A stretch of 63,942 bases of DNA, counting the filler, from Thelocarpon superellum (lineage: Eukaryota), in the NCBI GenBank assembly GCA_026025795.1. It is 4 parts of 4 records of this genome, joined end to end, with 100 filler letters (N's around TTAATTAATTAA, not from the genome) between each part and the next. Parts side by side here need not be neighbours in the genome. Positions count along the whole stretch, not along the records: positions 1 to 16,581 come from JAPEUG010000389.1; positions 16,682 to 33,163 come from JAPEUG010000390.1; 2 more parts are not named here. One strand, 5' to 3'. Below, piece after piece: positions 11,684 through 23,696 of the stretch. Position 1 is the first letter of the stretch. Every line of letters begins with the position of its first letter. Made by a program: the position numbers and the translations under genes. Under the pieces are notes generated by a model. The model had not been told where the DNA came from, did no database searches, and was given only the letters and a program-made list of their open reading frames with translations.

Positions 11684-12165
11684 GCCGGCCGTGTCGGAGA
11701 GCAATGGTGTCCCGTGGAGTGAGGCGTTTTGGCGTTGGTCCTGTCAAGATCTCACTCATTGACCAGCGGTCATCGGTCGTCGGTCGTCGGACATCGGACA
11801 TCGGTCATCTCGAGTGTTGGAGAGCATCTACAAGTCCGCCTCGGTCCTTAAATCATGCATGCACTAGAGGATGGCAGTATCTCTGATTGAGCTCGTGCGG
11901 CCCGAGCCGGGTCGGACTCAGACGCGACGGTCCGTCCCATCAGCGCCGCTCACCCTTCCGCTATGTCAAATCAACGGTGAAAATCGCCCGCGCCGCGCTA
12001 TTCAACGGTGTTTCGAACCCACCAATCGCCAGGTGTCGCGCTCGGAACGAGTGGTCTAAGGATTTGGGCTAGAAGTGAAGACATCACACAACCAACTGGA
12101 CACGGCTAGGGCCTGACTTTGTGTCCCTGCACCAACCGCCTCTCATTCGACCGACACGTAAGCCC

Positions 12166-15100
12166 TCACCCGCTTCGAGATTGAGATGCGGCCGCCGACC
12201 GCGATCGGGCTGTGACATCGTAGCCGAGCCCGAGGCCCAAGTACGCCGAGGCGGCAGGAGGGAGGGCGCCTGTCTCGCCCGGGTGAGTGGTCTGCGGTCG
12301 TCTCTCCTTCATCCGCTGTACGTACCTGCGGGCCCAGTCGACGGGCCGTCGCCGAGCTTCCAGGCATACTTGTCGAGGTGGGTCTTCTCCATATGCCGGT
12401 CCCAACCCTCCTCCGTGTTGAAATCCATGGGCTGCAGGCTCGACGAGCTCCGGCCCTTCTTGGCATCAACAACGGTCGTAACCCGGCCGCATCCCTTCCA
12501 CGCACATGGAAATCCGCCGTGGGCGGCGCGGACGCAATGGACCTTGGTCAAGTGCTTGCGCAACGTCTCGAGGTTGTGTAGTTTGGCCCGACAATGCTTC
12601 CACCGACACGAGAAGACGGTATAACTGGGTTCGTCTAGTGCACCATCGTAGATCGGCGTGGTCGTGGCCGGAACAACTTCCCTGCTTACTGGGGTCTTCG
12701 GCTCGATGTAGGAGAGCTGAGCGGCGGGGGGCGGCCGACCGTTGATGACGACGGCAAACTTCGCGCTTGGGCGGACGGCCTGCTGTGGCTGGCTCGATGC
12801 GAGTCGGGCTGCAGGGCTTGTCGGATCGAGATCTCTCAACGGCAACGAGCGGGGCGTTTGCGTAGCCATCAACCCACCCCGTCCCCGATTCCGGGCCCGG
12901 ACCGAACCTTGCCCGCGCCCCGTCCCACGACCTCGAGTAGGCGAGCCACGCGTGTGCAGGACATCGGGCGAGCCCGTTACCGGTGTGGTGATAGAGTTGA
13001 CGGCGGTGGTATCGGCGCCCGGGAGAGAACTGTCTCCCCCGTGGGACTCGACGGGTAGTAGCCTCGGATCGGGCGTGCCGGGATCGACCAAGGTCCAGCG
13101 AAAGGTACTGAGATCCGCATCGTTCTTCACTGAGCCGAAGCTTTGCTTGAGCATTGCCAGATGCTCATTGAGTCCTCGGGCGCGAGGGTGTCGCCCCGTG
13201 GCGATCAAGACATCGTGAGCGATAGTCTTAGGGTCGTATGCGGACCGTCGTACTGCAAGGTCCCAATCCAATCGGTGAACCACTTGTCTCCCTTTCAAGT
13301 CTCGGCTCGGTAGCGGGGCGCCATGACCCTGGGACGAGGCCATCGCCATGGGGGCCAGGGGGTGCGTCATCACTGCCAGCTCACCAGGGACTCCCACGTC
13401 CGAATGCAGGGGAGCGGGTGGGACGCTGGGCCCTTCGGCGTAATCGGGGTGTTCCGTTGTCAGATCGACGATGTCGGAAAAGTTGCGTTTTCGAGCCGCC
13501 TCGGCTTTGGTTGAGACTTTGGCGGGCGCAGCGCCAGTGCCGTCGGCTTCCGCGTAGACGCGCACATTCACGTGAGAAGGACGTGACGCCATGGGCGGAC
13601 CTGCTCCTTGGCTCCCTGAAAAGTGCGCTGTCGTGGCTGGGCGCTTCGTCTCAGCCGCGGCCATCGTTCCTCTTTCCTCCGCTGAGCCTCCCCTCGCCGC
13701 AGGCCCACCCGGATGCGTTGCTGAGTGCACCAAAGTTCGCGGACCACGAGACGTCCCACTCGGGCTCGAGGACTGATCAGATCCAACTGGCTTCGGTCCT
13801 GGATTGCGGGATGCGTCCATGGTAGATGATGTGCGTTGGGTCGCTTCATGCGAATCGCTCGCACCGTCCACTTGCGTCAAGGCTTCCGTAGCCGGCCGGG
13901 CCCCGGCGGATGTCGAAGGCATCGGCGTCTCGCGAGCAAGCTGTCGATTGATCATTCGTTGATGTACATCCGCCGTGAACTGGAATCGTTCGGGCGCCGG
14001 ATTGCTCGGTCGTCGGTCGAGGGGTCGGGGTGGCGATGCTTGCTCACTCGCGCCTTGTGTCTTGCCCGAGAGCGAGCGTGCCAGATGAGCGGCATCCGTC
14101 GCGATGGAGGCACGAGGCGCCGCCGTATTCGCCTTCACTGGCCCGGTCGCTGTGATGGGCCGCGGTGCACTGAGGGCGGCGATCAAGGAGCGGGCAAAGC
14201 TTCGCCGGTCGATCGCAAAGCCGTCGGCTTCGAGCCACTCACACAACTCGACGTAGCTGGGATTGCGCTCCAAGAGCGCCGTGATCATCTGTGGACTGAC
14301 CGCTTTTCCCGCATTGGCTGGGTTGGAGCGGAGCGTGCTCGCCGCCGTATGGGCAAGAGACTCGCGCTGGGCTTCGGGCCAGAACGTTCCGGGCCCTGGC
14401 CGAGACGGGACTGCAGTCACTGTGGGTTGGGAACGCGGCACGCCGGTCGATGGAGTCAATGCGGTATCGGTCGGTCGTCGCGGTGCGTCCCACCTAGCAA
14501 CGTGGAATTGCTCGATGGGCTTGACCTCAGAGCCGTCTTGGGGCCCGTGGGAAGGCGTGGCTGCCGGGCGGAGGGGCTCTTCTGCCCTGGACTGTAGGGC
14601 CGCTGCGCCAGATGGCTGAGCCGGGCTCGTCGCGGAAGATTGCTGCGCCAGCGGTGGGCGAGAAGGACCGTCGGGCCCGACGATAGCCTTCTCAAGCGGA
14701 AAAGGACGCTGTTGACCTTGAAGCGATGGATCGGCCTCTGGGGTGGCCTGCAGTGTCCTCGTTAGTCCCCGTCGCGTGTCGATCCTCGGGAGTGAGATGG
14801 GCTCAAGGCACCAACGTACCTTCTGGACCTGCTCCCACACCTGCGTGAACAAGGAAGGATCTTGGGTTTGAAGGTGACGCATTTGGCCCAAAAACTGTCG
14901 CATGCTTGCCTCCACGTCGCCGCGGGGAAGATCGGTGGCCGTCGTGGCGTTGGTGGCTGGAGCCTGCGTGGACGAGCTGGATGGAGCGTGGGTGTCGTCA
15001 CAGGTGAGACCCGTCCCAGCCAGCTTGGTGCTCTGGTCCGTCATCGCGTCGTGGACTGGACGCCTGGAAGGGCCTGATTTCGTAGTCAGGCCCGATTGAC

Positions 15101-16166
15101 TTGCCTTGGGCTTGCGTGAACGACGCTTTGGCTCGGTCGGAGACGCGCGGCTCTCGGTTTGCTCGTGCGACAGGGATTGCAGGGATGGCAGGGATGGCAG
15201 GTGTTGGTAAGGATTGTAGATCTGACTCGGATTGACCGTTGTGGGAAGCGCTGGCTCTGTCGGGTAGACCGGACTGCTCAGGGCCAGAACTGGCATCGCT
15301 GTCGGCGCGAGTGACTGACGATGTTGGGAAGAAGCTATGGCTGGAGGAGGCGGCTTTTCCGGCATGCTTGGAGACGACTGACTCTGATACATTTGAGAGG
15401 TCTGATCTTGTGCGGAGGTGAATTGATGGTTCGGGGCGCCTAACAGTCCAGAGGACGTTTGGCGAAGGGTTTGCCCGCTGGATTGACCGGAAACTCGCGC
15501 TTGGGCCTGGGCTGGGGCCTGGACGGGTGATTGACGTGGGCCGTGGGGTCCAGGATAATGATATGGATAGGGCGCTGAAAAGTGAGGACGTGCATGCGGG
15601 CCCGGGTCCATGTGGTACGAGGCAACGGCTGGTGGAGGAGATGGCGCATGGAGCGAGGCGGCCTCTTCCGTCCTTTGTGGTAACGACGCCCGGATCGAGC
15701 CACGGGGGAGATCTGCGTGGGAGAAATCGGACGACGGTTGAAGCGCGCTGTGGTTGGGTGGGATACTTGATGGCGCAGAGGCATAAGCCGGATTCCCCAA
15801 AGTGGAGTGGTCGTGAGACCAGTCATTCCGTATACGTTCGTCGCGGTCGTCCTGCCCAGGTGGATACAGGACGGACAACGATGCCGCATGAGCTCCAGTG
15901 AACGAGTGCGATGTCGTCGTCCGTCCACGGTACCAATCATCGGCACTCGGGCCCCCCGCGCCGGACTGGCTCAGCGCTGGCGTGTATCCATGACGATGGT
16001 GGTCCGTCGCCGAGGGTGGCTGGCTCTGCCGCGTGCCCACGGCGTAATAGGGGGCCGCCGAGTTGGTGGGCGTCGTCGATGTCGGCGTTGGTACTGGGGC
16101 ATTGGGGTAGTCAAAGGGAGGGTTGGTACGATAGTGGCCATAATGGTCATAGCCGTTGGCCGACAT
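12166..16166 (-). CDS. Large low-complexity protein with C-terminal C2H2 zinc-finger region; probable nuclear/chromatin protein, function unknown
   Basis: ORF of 1301 aa with likely start MSANGY at 16166. C-terminal CRWKHCRAKLHNLETLRKHLTKVH and CAWKGC...WDRHMEKTH. In-frame intron 14748-14819. The 3' end after the donor at about 12325 is uncertain. Confidence 0.8.
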
Positions 16167-16581
16167 TGGCCCCGGTCTAACATGAGGATGCCAATGCCTT
16201 GACCGTGTCAGCACGTCGCCCGCTCTGATAACCTATTCGTAATGGTACGTGCTTACCCAAGGTAACGGCTGCGTGCACGCTCACGCTCCGCTGGGAGCTC
16301 GTTGCCGCCGTCGTGCACCCCTCGCGTTGTGATGGCGCGGTGTGTTGCCCGGCTCCTGGCTCAACGCGATCAGGCCTGCTTGATGGCTGCACGGAGGTAC
16401 CATTTGACTCGGCCTGGAGTCAGGCACCGGTGGGCAGATTGAGGGCCGGAAAGGCGGTCGTTAACTAGATGGTATACGGTCGGCGCCTGTCGCGTCACTT
16501 TCTTGTACTTGTACTCGTTCCAACCAGAAGATTGTCGGTCCTACGGGTAGAAGAACGGGTGTCACACCGGTCGTCTCGGGC

Positions 16582-16681
16582 NNNNNNNNNNNNNNNNNNN
16601 NNNNNNNNNNNNNNNNNNNNNNNNNTTAATTAATTAANNNNNNNNNNNNNNNNNNNNNNNNNNNNNNNNNNNNNNNNNNNN
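16582..16681. other. Artificial contig spacer (44N-TTAATTAATTAA-44N)
   Basis: N run with a central six-frame stop linker, identical to the other two spacers. Confidence 0.98.
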
Positions 16682-17846
16682 CGTCAATAGTGACGACTTC
16701 AGTGATGATGGACCCGCTCGGGTTCTGCACGAGGCCGGAAACGGAGGATGCATGCGCCTCCGCCACGCGATGATCCGGCGCCTTTCGCAGCGGTGCGTCT
16801 CTGCAGCTCCGCAGTTGAAACTACCAGCACTCGTACTCGTACAATATGAGGACGGATCTCCCCCAGGCTGTCCCCGTTCTCTCTCCGGCCTCCGGCTGCG
16901 ACGGAGACCAGTGAACACGACCAGCCTCGCACAGGTCCAGGCGCTTGCGACGCGTTGCGTCTGGGAACAAAAGACCAAGGCGAGGCCAGCCACCCTCCCG
17001 GGGATGCCCGCGCCTGCACGAGACGAGCCCTTACCGACAGGCTAACATGCATCTCCAGGGGCAAGCCGACGCGCCGGTCACTTTTACCGCGTCCCGCCGA
17101 GTCGTTGCGCACGCGCATCACGCAAGTCATCACAGGCTGTCGTGGGCGACTCGGGGCCTTGGGGCAGCTGCCTGCCTCCCGGAGCAATCTAAGCAAGCTC
17201 CCTGCATCCATCATCACGTTGGATGTCGGCACACCTTGAGCACCCGCCACTCGGCCCGGTCCTCCTGGGCGTGTCCAATGGCGTGGGCACACTCACCCGA
17301 GACTTTATCCGTGCCACGGAAGATTGAACGCCATGCCTCCGCTGAAGATTTTAGCTCTGGGTCGAGCTGGTTGGTGGCTGGCGCCATTGCTGCCCTATGC
17401 ACACCACGTCCTGGCCAGAGTTCACGTTGATGTAGAGATGCCCAATGATGACGCCGGAGCCCCGTCTGACGACGACGCCATGACGTGCCTCGCGCTGCAT
17501 GATCTGCTGGCCAGTGCATGTCATTCCCACCGGATCCAGTGGGCGACGTGGGCAAACAAGTCAGGCGATTGGTACTCGTACGAGGTAGCAGCTCCTCCAA
17601 CGGAGCCTGGCCCCAGGCTGGTTGAGGATTAGTTGGGCGGACTGGTCGGGGCTCCCAAGGCGAGTGCACGTGCCATGGCGCTCGGCAGCTCTTTCAGCGG
17701 CTCCCTCCCTCGCTCGTTCGCCAGCTTCCTCTTAGTGCGAGTCGGTGTCGCGAGGGTCTCGTGATATTACGTAAGCAATCTAGCGAGGAATCTCGCAAAT
17801 TGTGCTCGTTGAACTTCGGGCGTAGGTCGAGGCACATATCGTCAGG

Positions 17847-18865
17847 ATGGCGACGACTGAGATGGCTGCCGTCGCAGTCGAGGATGACCTCTCCAATGAG
17901 GCTATTCATCGTCTCCTGAAAGAAGCAGAAGAAAGATTGCGGCACAGATCGTCGACCTTGGAACAGAGAGATGAAGAGGTGAGATCCACACAGCTGGATT
18001 TCTCGCGCTCACGATTGGCCCCGCCGCCTCCCAAATTCAGGTGAGCCAGACCACTGGGATCCTTGTTCTGAACAGGATTCGTCGGCCCGGACTGACTTCC
18101 ATCAAAGCTTCCCCAAGCTTGACCCTGGAGATCTGCCCCAGCCTTTGGTGCGGTCCAATGGAGTGATATCTCACGTCGACACGACTCGGATGGTCGATCC
18201 AGAACAACAAGCACTCTCGAACCAGTTCCGGAAGGTCGAAGATCCTGTCGGCGTCAAGGAGAGGCTGAAGAAAGTGAGTGTCTACGAGATTGTCTGTCCG
18301 TCTTGTCAATGAGGAAATTTCACCCATTTCATCTCCTGATGCGAAATCTTGGGCCTGTTATGGGTACCTCTTCGCTGCCCTGAAGGTTTATCATACATAG
18401 TTACTCTGAGACATGCTTCATGCCTCGTCCTTTCTGTCCATCTTCATCCTCGGTGGCGGGCTCACGATGGAACAGGAAAAGGCAGCTTCGGCGGGCTCGG
18501 ATTGGTTCGACCTACCTCAGACCAAGGTGACCCCTGAACTCAAGCACGATCTCCAATTGCTACGCATGCGCTCGGTGCTCGATCCCAAGCGCCATTACAA
18601 GAAAAATGATGGGTCGAAGAAGTCCCTCGTTCCCGAGTACTCACAGGTCGGCACCGTGGTCGAAGGACCCACCGAATTCTTCAGTGGCCGACTAGCCAAC
18701 AAGGAACGGAAAAAGACATTCGTCGAGGAGGTGCTGTCGCGGGATGAAAATATGGGCCGATTCAAGCGCAAGTACAACGAGATCCAAAGCGCCAAGACGA
18801 GCGGAAAGAAGGCCCACTACCAGACGCTGAAGGCACGCCGAGCGACGGGGTCAGGACGTCGTTGA
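17847..18865 (+). CDS. FCF2: rRNA-processing protein Fcf2, 3 exons
   Basis: AGSDWFDLP...ELKHDLQLLRMRSVLDPKRHYKK...PEYSQVGTVVEGPTEFFSGRL...KRKYNEIQ. Introns near 18041-18107 and 18274-18475. Confidence 0.93.
18304..18413 (+). ncRNA. Intronic box C/D snoRNA, predicted guide for LSU rRNA helix-69 2'-O-methylation (yeast 25S Am2256; snR63/SNORD46-like)
   Basis: Terminal stem TGTC/GACA. Box C ATGAGGA 18309-18315, D' CTGA 18336-18339, box D CTGA 18406-18409. Box D is preceded by CATAGTTACT, complementary to conserved LSU AGUAACUAUG. Confidence 0.85.
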
Positions 18866-18901
18866 TTCGTAAGGATTCGCCTCTTTCTCTGACGACCACG
18901 A

Positions 18902-20224
18902 CTACTTCGAGGTTTGGCTCAAGCGCAGACGCCGTACCATCTCTACAATCAACGCCTAAGCCAAGAAGCCACGATTTAGCGAGGACTTCTTGCCGTCGTG
19001 CGCCGCAGACTTACCTGGACGTCCTTGGCCGCATCTTGCCCAGCGTGAAGGACCTCCTCGTGGCTCGCCTTCCCTGACTCCATCACTCGCGCCAGTTCCT
19101 GTCCGCTCGATCCTCCCACAAGAGAATCGTTGCCTCGTGGACCGGGCTCCAACACGGCGTTGTTCGTCACCAGGCTCAGAGCAAACACATTCAATCCACA
19201 GTGTCGGGCGACGACGATCTCTGGGACCGTTGACATGCCGACCACATCTGCGCCGAAACCACGCAGCATTCGACATTCCGCCCGTGTCTCATATCTACCG
19301 AGCCGTTCAGTTGAGATATACGTGGCGTTGTAGGAAGCACGTACGTCGGTCCGCTAACGAAGGCATACACCCCCTCGTGTATTCGCCGCTTACCAGCCGG
19401 CAGTTGAAGCGAGTCCCATGCCGCATGAGCCAGTCGTCGAAGTTCAAGATCATAGGCGTCGGACAGGGCGGTGAACCTGGAGCCGAATTCGTCGGCATTA
19501 GGACCGCGTAAGGAGTGGATGCCAGCCAGGCCAGCGAGATTGAGATGCTACAAGGCGGATCAGTGGCGATGACAGGACGGAACCCTGCGAGCCCATCACG
19601 AACATCATTCAAGACCATAACGTCGCCGACAGCATAGTCGGGATTAAGACCTCCGGCGGCGTTGGTGACTGAATTTTCCCCCGTTAGAGGTGCCACTCGT
19701 GAGGGCGAGATCGCCTACCAATGATCGTTTCCACTCCCAACAGCTTGAAGACTCGCACGGGAAATGTGATGGAAGAAATCGAGTGGCCCTCGTAGAAACT
19801 TTGACAGTTGTGAGGTCATGTACAGGGAAAGGGGAAAGGGAAGGGGAAGGGTGACGGGGGGCTTTGGCGTGAGACTGACTGTGCCCTCCCCACCATCAAG
19901 ACCACTGGTACCTTACGCTCACTCAACGATCCAAAGACCAGCTTGCCTGCATGGCCATGGACTGTCGATCTCGTAAGGTCCTGTCCCGGACAGCGTCCCG
20001 CGGACGGGTGCTCACGCACCTGTGGACACGGCGAAATTGGGCACATCGACATAGGCAGCCTCAACCCGAAGATCTGAGTTGATGGAGTGCTCTAGTCCGC
20101 CCAATCCCGAGCCGCAAATGACCGCGAGTGCCGGTGCTTGCAACGCTTTTGGCAAGAGAGAACGAAGATAGCCCGTCGTCTCTACGGCTTTCTGGTAGAT
20201 ATCCGAGGGCGCGCTGGCTGCCAT
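18902..20224 (-). CDS. PNP1: Purine nucleoside phosphorylase (multi-exon)
   Basis: [75 protein letters not shown]. Confidence 0.93.
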
Positions 20225-20558
20225 ATCTGCTTGCTCGGTGGGTGGTTGGAGCCAGGGACTGGCCAACCTCTAGAACAGATCAGAGTCGGTGATGGTCTCT
20301 GCATGCATTCCGAGAGACAGCGCTTGTCAGCTGTGTTGTGCCGGCTCACAGACGGTACTCCTGGATCCTGTCAGCTACTCGTGACACGGGCTCGGCCAGG
20401 TCGAAGGGCAGCCTATGGCGCAATGTAGGGCAACTTTTGGCGATGAAATCTTTCCCAACTCATAGTATTATCTTGGGTTGACGAACCACCACGCCTCCAA
20501 TCCACCAACACCTCAACCCCACACCCAAGACGATTGGACTGTCGCGCATCAGCCCTTC

Positions 20559-21569
20559 ATGGCGTTTGCGACATGCTGGAGATGCTCTGTCGGCATCTCC
20601 AAGCGGTTGAAGGTACGTGGCCGGTGGCCGTGTCTGCTTCTCAACGCTCATGAGGCTTGCTAGCTCCATAATCCTCTGTACATGATGGCCGCGAGCTTCT
20701 CCCCCGCACGGCCATTGAGCGATACGCCAGTTGAGGCTCAAGTAGCAGGGAAAGACCGGTATGATGCAAGTAGATTGAAATCTCCCGAGCGAACGTCTGA
20801 CGGGTCGATGCAGTCAGGTTGCAGATCCGCCGCCCTCCCTGTCTCTCCCACCGGAAGACAGCAGGTCAGAACGGAGCCAGAGATGGAGGAATACCGCTGA
20901 TGTGTTACTAGCCAAGCGTCAGATCTGGTAGCGGAAGGATCGTCCCGGCTGAGATTGCCACGAAGTGTGCAAGCCGTATATCTACGACCGCTCAAGCGGC
21001 GAGCGACGTACGGCGTGCCGACGTGCGATCTTCAACTGCGGTCCTACAGCGTGCGAAATGTCGAGTTCTTCGCGGATTTCGCCCTGCGTGCTGCCTACTA
21101 TCTCGACCTCCCGGCGTCTGGCCCGGTGCCATTGCCACGCATCGTCAACCGGTGGACGGTGCCGCGAAGTAACTTCGTCAACAAAAAGAGCCAGGAGAAC
21201 TTTGAGCGGGTCACGTTGAGGCGACTCGTACAGATCCAAGACGGGAATCCCGAGGTTGTTGAGATCTGGCTCTCATTTCTCCGGAAGTACCAATACCATG
21301 GCGTGGGCATGAAGGCGAATGTCTGGAACTACGAGCGACTAGGTGGGTGTTTTCTCGAATGGCTGATGCCTGGGTTCCTGGCTGACGATGGATCAGGTGT
21401 GGGTAAAACGATGGATGTGAGCCTGGAGAACGTGAAGCACGTACTGGATCCCAAATGGGCGCATTTCGGTCGAAAAAAGAACCTTGACACGTCGGAGAAG
21501 GTGATGGAGATGCTGGGTAGTGCTCGATTTGACGATGTTGGCAAGGAGATCTCCAAAAGCGAGAAGTGA
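20559..21569 (+). CDS. RSM10: Mitochondrial ribosomal protein S10 (uS10m), 5 exons
   Basis: CDLQLRSYSVRNVEFFADFALRAAYYLDLPASGPVPLPRIVNRWTVPRSNFVNKKSQENFERVTLRRL. Basic presequence-like N terminus. Confidence 0.92.
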
Positions 21570-21659
21570 TCATGTACCATGAACATAAATCAGGCGTTCA
21601 GGGACGATGGATCATAGGATGAGGTAGATGAGTTAGAATGGACATAGTACAATGCATGA

Positions 21660-21719
21660 TCTTCCGCACCTGACGTGGACGTCATGGAGTCTTCCGCACC
21701 TGACGTGGACGTCATGGAG
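21660..21719. repeat. 30-bp direct tandem duplication (TCTTCCGCACCTGACGTGGACGTCATGGAG) x2
   Basis: Two identical consecutive units between the RSM10 stop and the MSW1 start. Confidence 0.95.
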
Positions 21720-21830
21720 AGTTTGGAGTCTCTTCCATCACGCGTATCGGCTACTCTCTCTCTCGCGTCACGTCTTTGGATTGGAAGCTCCGCAGGCCCG
21801 CGTGAACAATGGTCCGCTGCACCACTCGAC

Positions 21831-23344
21831 ATGCTCTGGAGGATCGCTCGTCATGGCCTCCAGGGACGTGGAGTTTCGATGAACCGCTCGACGGGCTCAT
21901 CTAAGCCAAGACTCCAGCCGTCAAATCCGTACGGCAGCCATGCCACGTCCGCTACCAGCGAGTTGATCGACGAAACGACAGACCCCCTGCGGAAAAGCAG
22001 CGCAGCGGACGATAGGCCCAAAGTCATTTTCTCGGGCATACAGCCGACAGGAATCCCCCATCTGGGCAATTACCTCGGCGCCTTACGACCATGGGTGGAG
22101 CTGCAGAATTCGTCCCCGCCGGCCACGAAGCTCATCTACTCCATCGTCGATCTGCACGCCCTCACGGTCCCGCACGAAGCCGCCGTGCTGCGCCGACGCA
22201 AGCGCGAGACATTGGCCGTCCTGTTGGCCGTCGGCTTGGATCCGGAGCGGTCCATCATCTTCTACCAATCGGCGGTATGTCCGTCGGTCGTACAAGGGAC
22301 CGCATTGACGTTCATCCAACCTGACTTGACCACAGGTCGCGGCGCATACGGAGCTCATGTGGATGCTTAGCTGCTCTTCGACGATAGGGTATCTGTCACG
22401 CATGACGCAGTGGAAGGTACTGGCGGCGCTATCCAGGGACAGAGAGAATTATGCTGACGAGCTTCTAGACCAAGGTGGCGCAACGCGACACGACGACGGC
22501 GACGGCAATCGGCGCAGGATCGCAGCAGAGATTGGGCTTGTTTTCCTATCCGGTGCTTCAAGCAGCCGACATTCTCGTGCATGGGTAGATCACATCAGTC
22601 TCCTTCTCATTCGATCTCCATCTAAATGTGTACAGAGCCACGCACGTCCCGGTGGGAGAAGACCAAGTGCAACATCTCGAGTTTGCACGAGACCTCGCGG
22701 GTCGATTCAACGCAGAGCACGGCAGTAGCTTGCCTCTCCCTCAGACGCTAGTCTGTATGTCCTTCCTCCTCCAACCTCCATCACCAACCCCCCCTTCCAT
22801 TCCTCCACCTTCAATGCTCAAGCTAACGCGAAGCGGACCAGCAGCGCCCGGGAAACGAATAATGTCCCTACGGACGCCAAGCGTCAAGATGTCCAAATCG
22901 CACGGGCAGGAATCATCACGGATCCTCGTGACCGACTCGCGAGCCACGATCGAGAAGAAGATCAAGAACGCGCTGACGGATTCCGAAGACGGGATCGGTT
23001 TCGATCCGGCGCGACGGCCGGGCGTCTCGAATCTCGTGCTGCTCGTCGCGACGATGCGGGACGTACCCATCGACGAGGTCGTCAGGGACTGTCAAAGCTT
23101 GACTCTGCGCGCCTTCAAGGATCATGTTGCTCGTATCCTTGCCGACGGCCTGGACCCCATAAGGCATCGCTTTGGGGAGTTGCTTGGAGATGGCCACGGC
23201 GAGGGAGAATATGGGGGAGAGGGAAGGAGATGGGAAGATGAAAGAGCACGTCTAGCGGATATAGCGCAGCGAGGGGCCCAAAAGGCACGAGAGAACGCGG
23301 AGACGACGATGAGGGAGGTAAGGAGACGAGTGGGGGTGGAGTGA
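21831..23344 (+). CDS. MSW1: Mitochondrial tryptophanyl-tRNA synthetase, 5 exons
   Basis: IFSGIQPTGIPHLGNYLGAL (HIGH), GLFSYPVLQAADIL, THVPVGEDQVQHLE and KMSKS. Arg-rich presequence MLWRIARHG. Confidence 0.95.
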
Positions 23345-23696
23345 GACTCCGACCGTTGTACAATATCCCTCAAATCATACCTTCCCTCCATCTACTGCGC
23401 GCTCCAATCACTAGATCTCTTCGTTTGGTGGAGGATAAGCGTAGGTAGAAGGAGGTCTATTCACTACTCTTGTATGGTATTGAGCGTAGAAGAGGGGTGA
23501 GGAGGGCAGGGCATATAGTACATCGTGATGATTGAGGAGTCGTACGATTGATGGTGTGAAGGGAAGATGTTTCATGTCGTGGGTATCAGGGAGGAGAACG
23601 GGATGTTAGATTGGCGGAGGAAGGAGGGAGGAGGGAAAGGAGGAAGACGATGAGAGGTCTGGTCCAGTGTGGGACGCGGAGAGCTCACCCCCAACT

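Noticed and set aside
16626..16637. TTAATTAATTAA palindrome recurring about every 16.5 kb
   Set aside because: Always centred in N runs of identical length, so an assembly linker and not a biological repeat or piggyBac TTAA site.
16682..17700. Short ORFs and a branch point/acceptor (GCTAAC...CAG about 17041-17058) at the start of contig 2
   Set aside because: Could be the tail of a truncated gene, but there is no recognisable protein or consistent exon chain.
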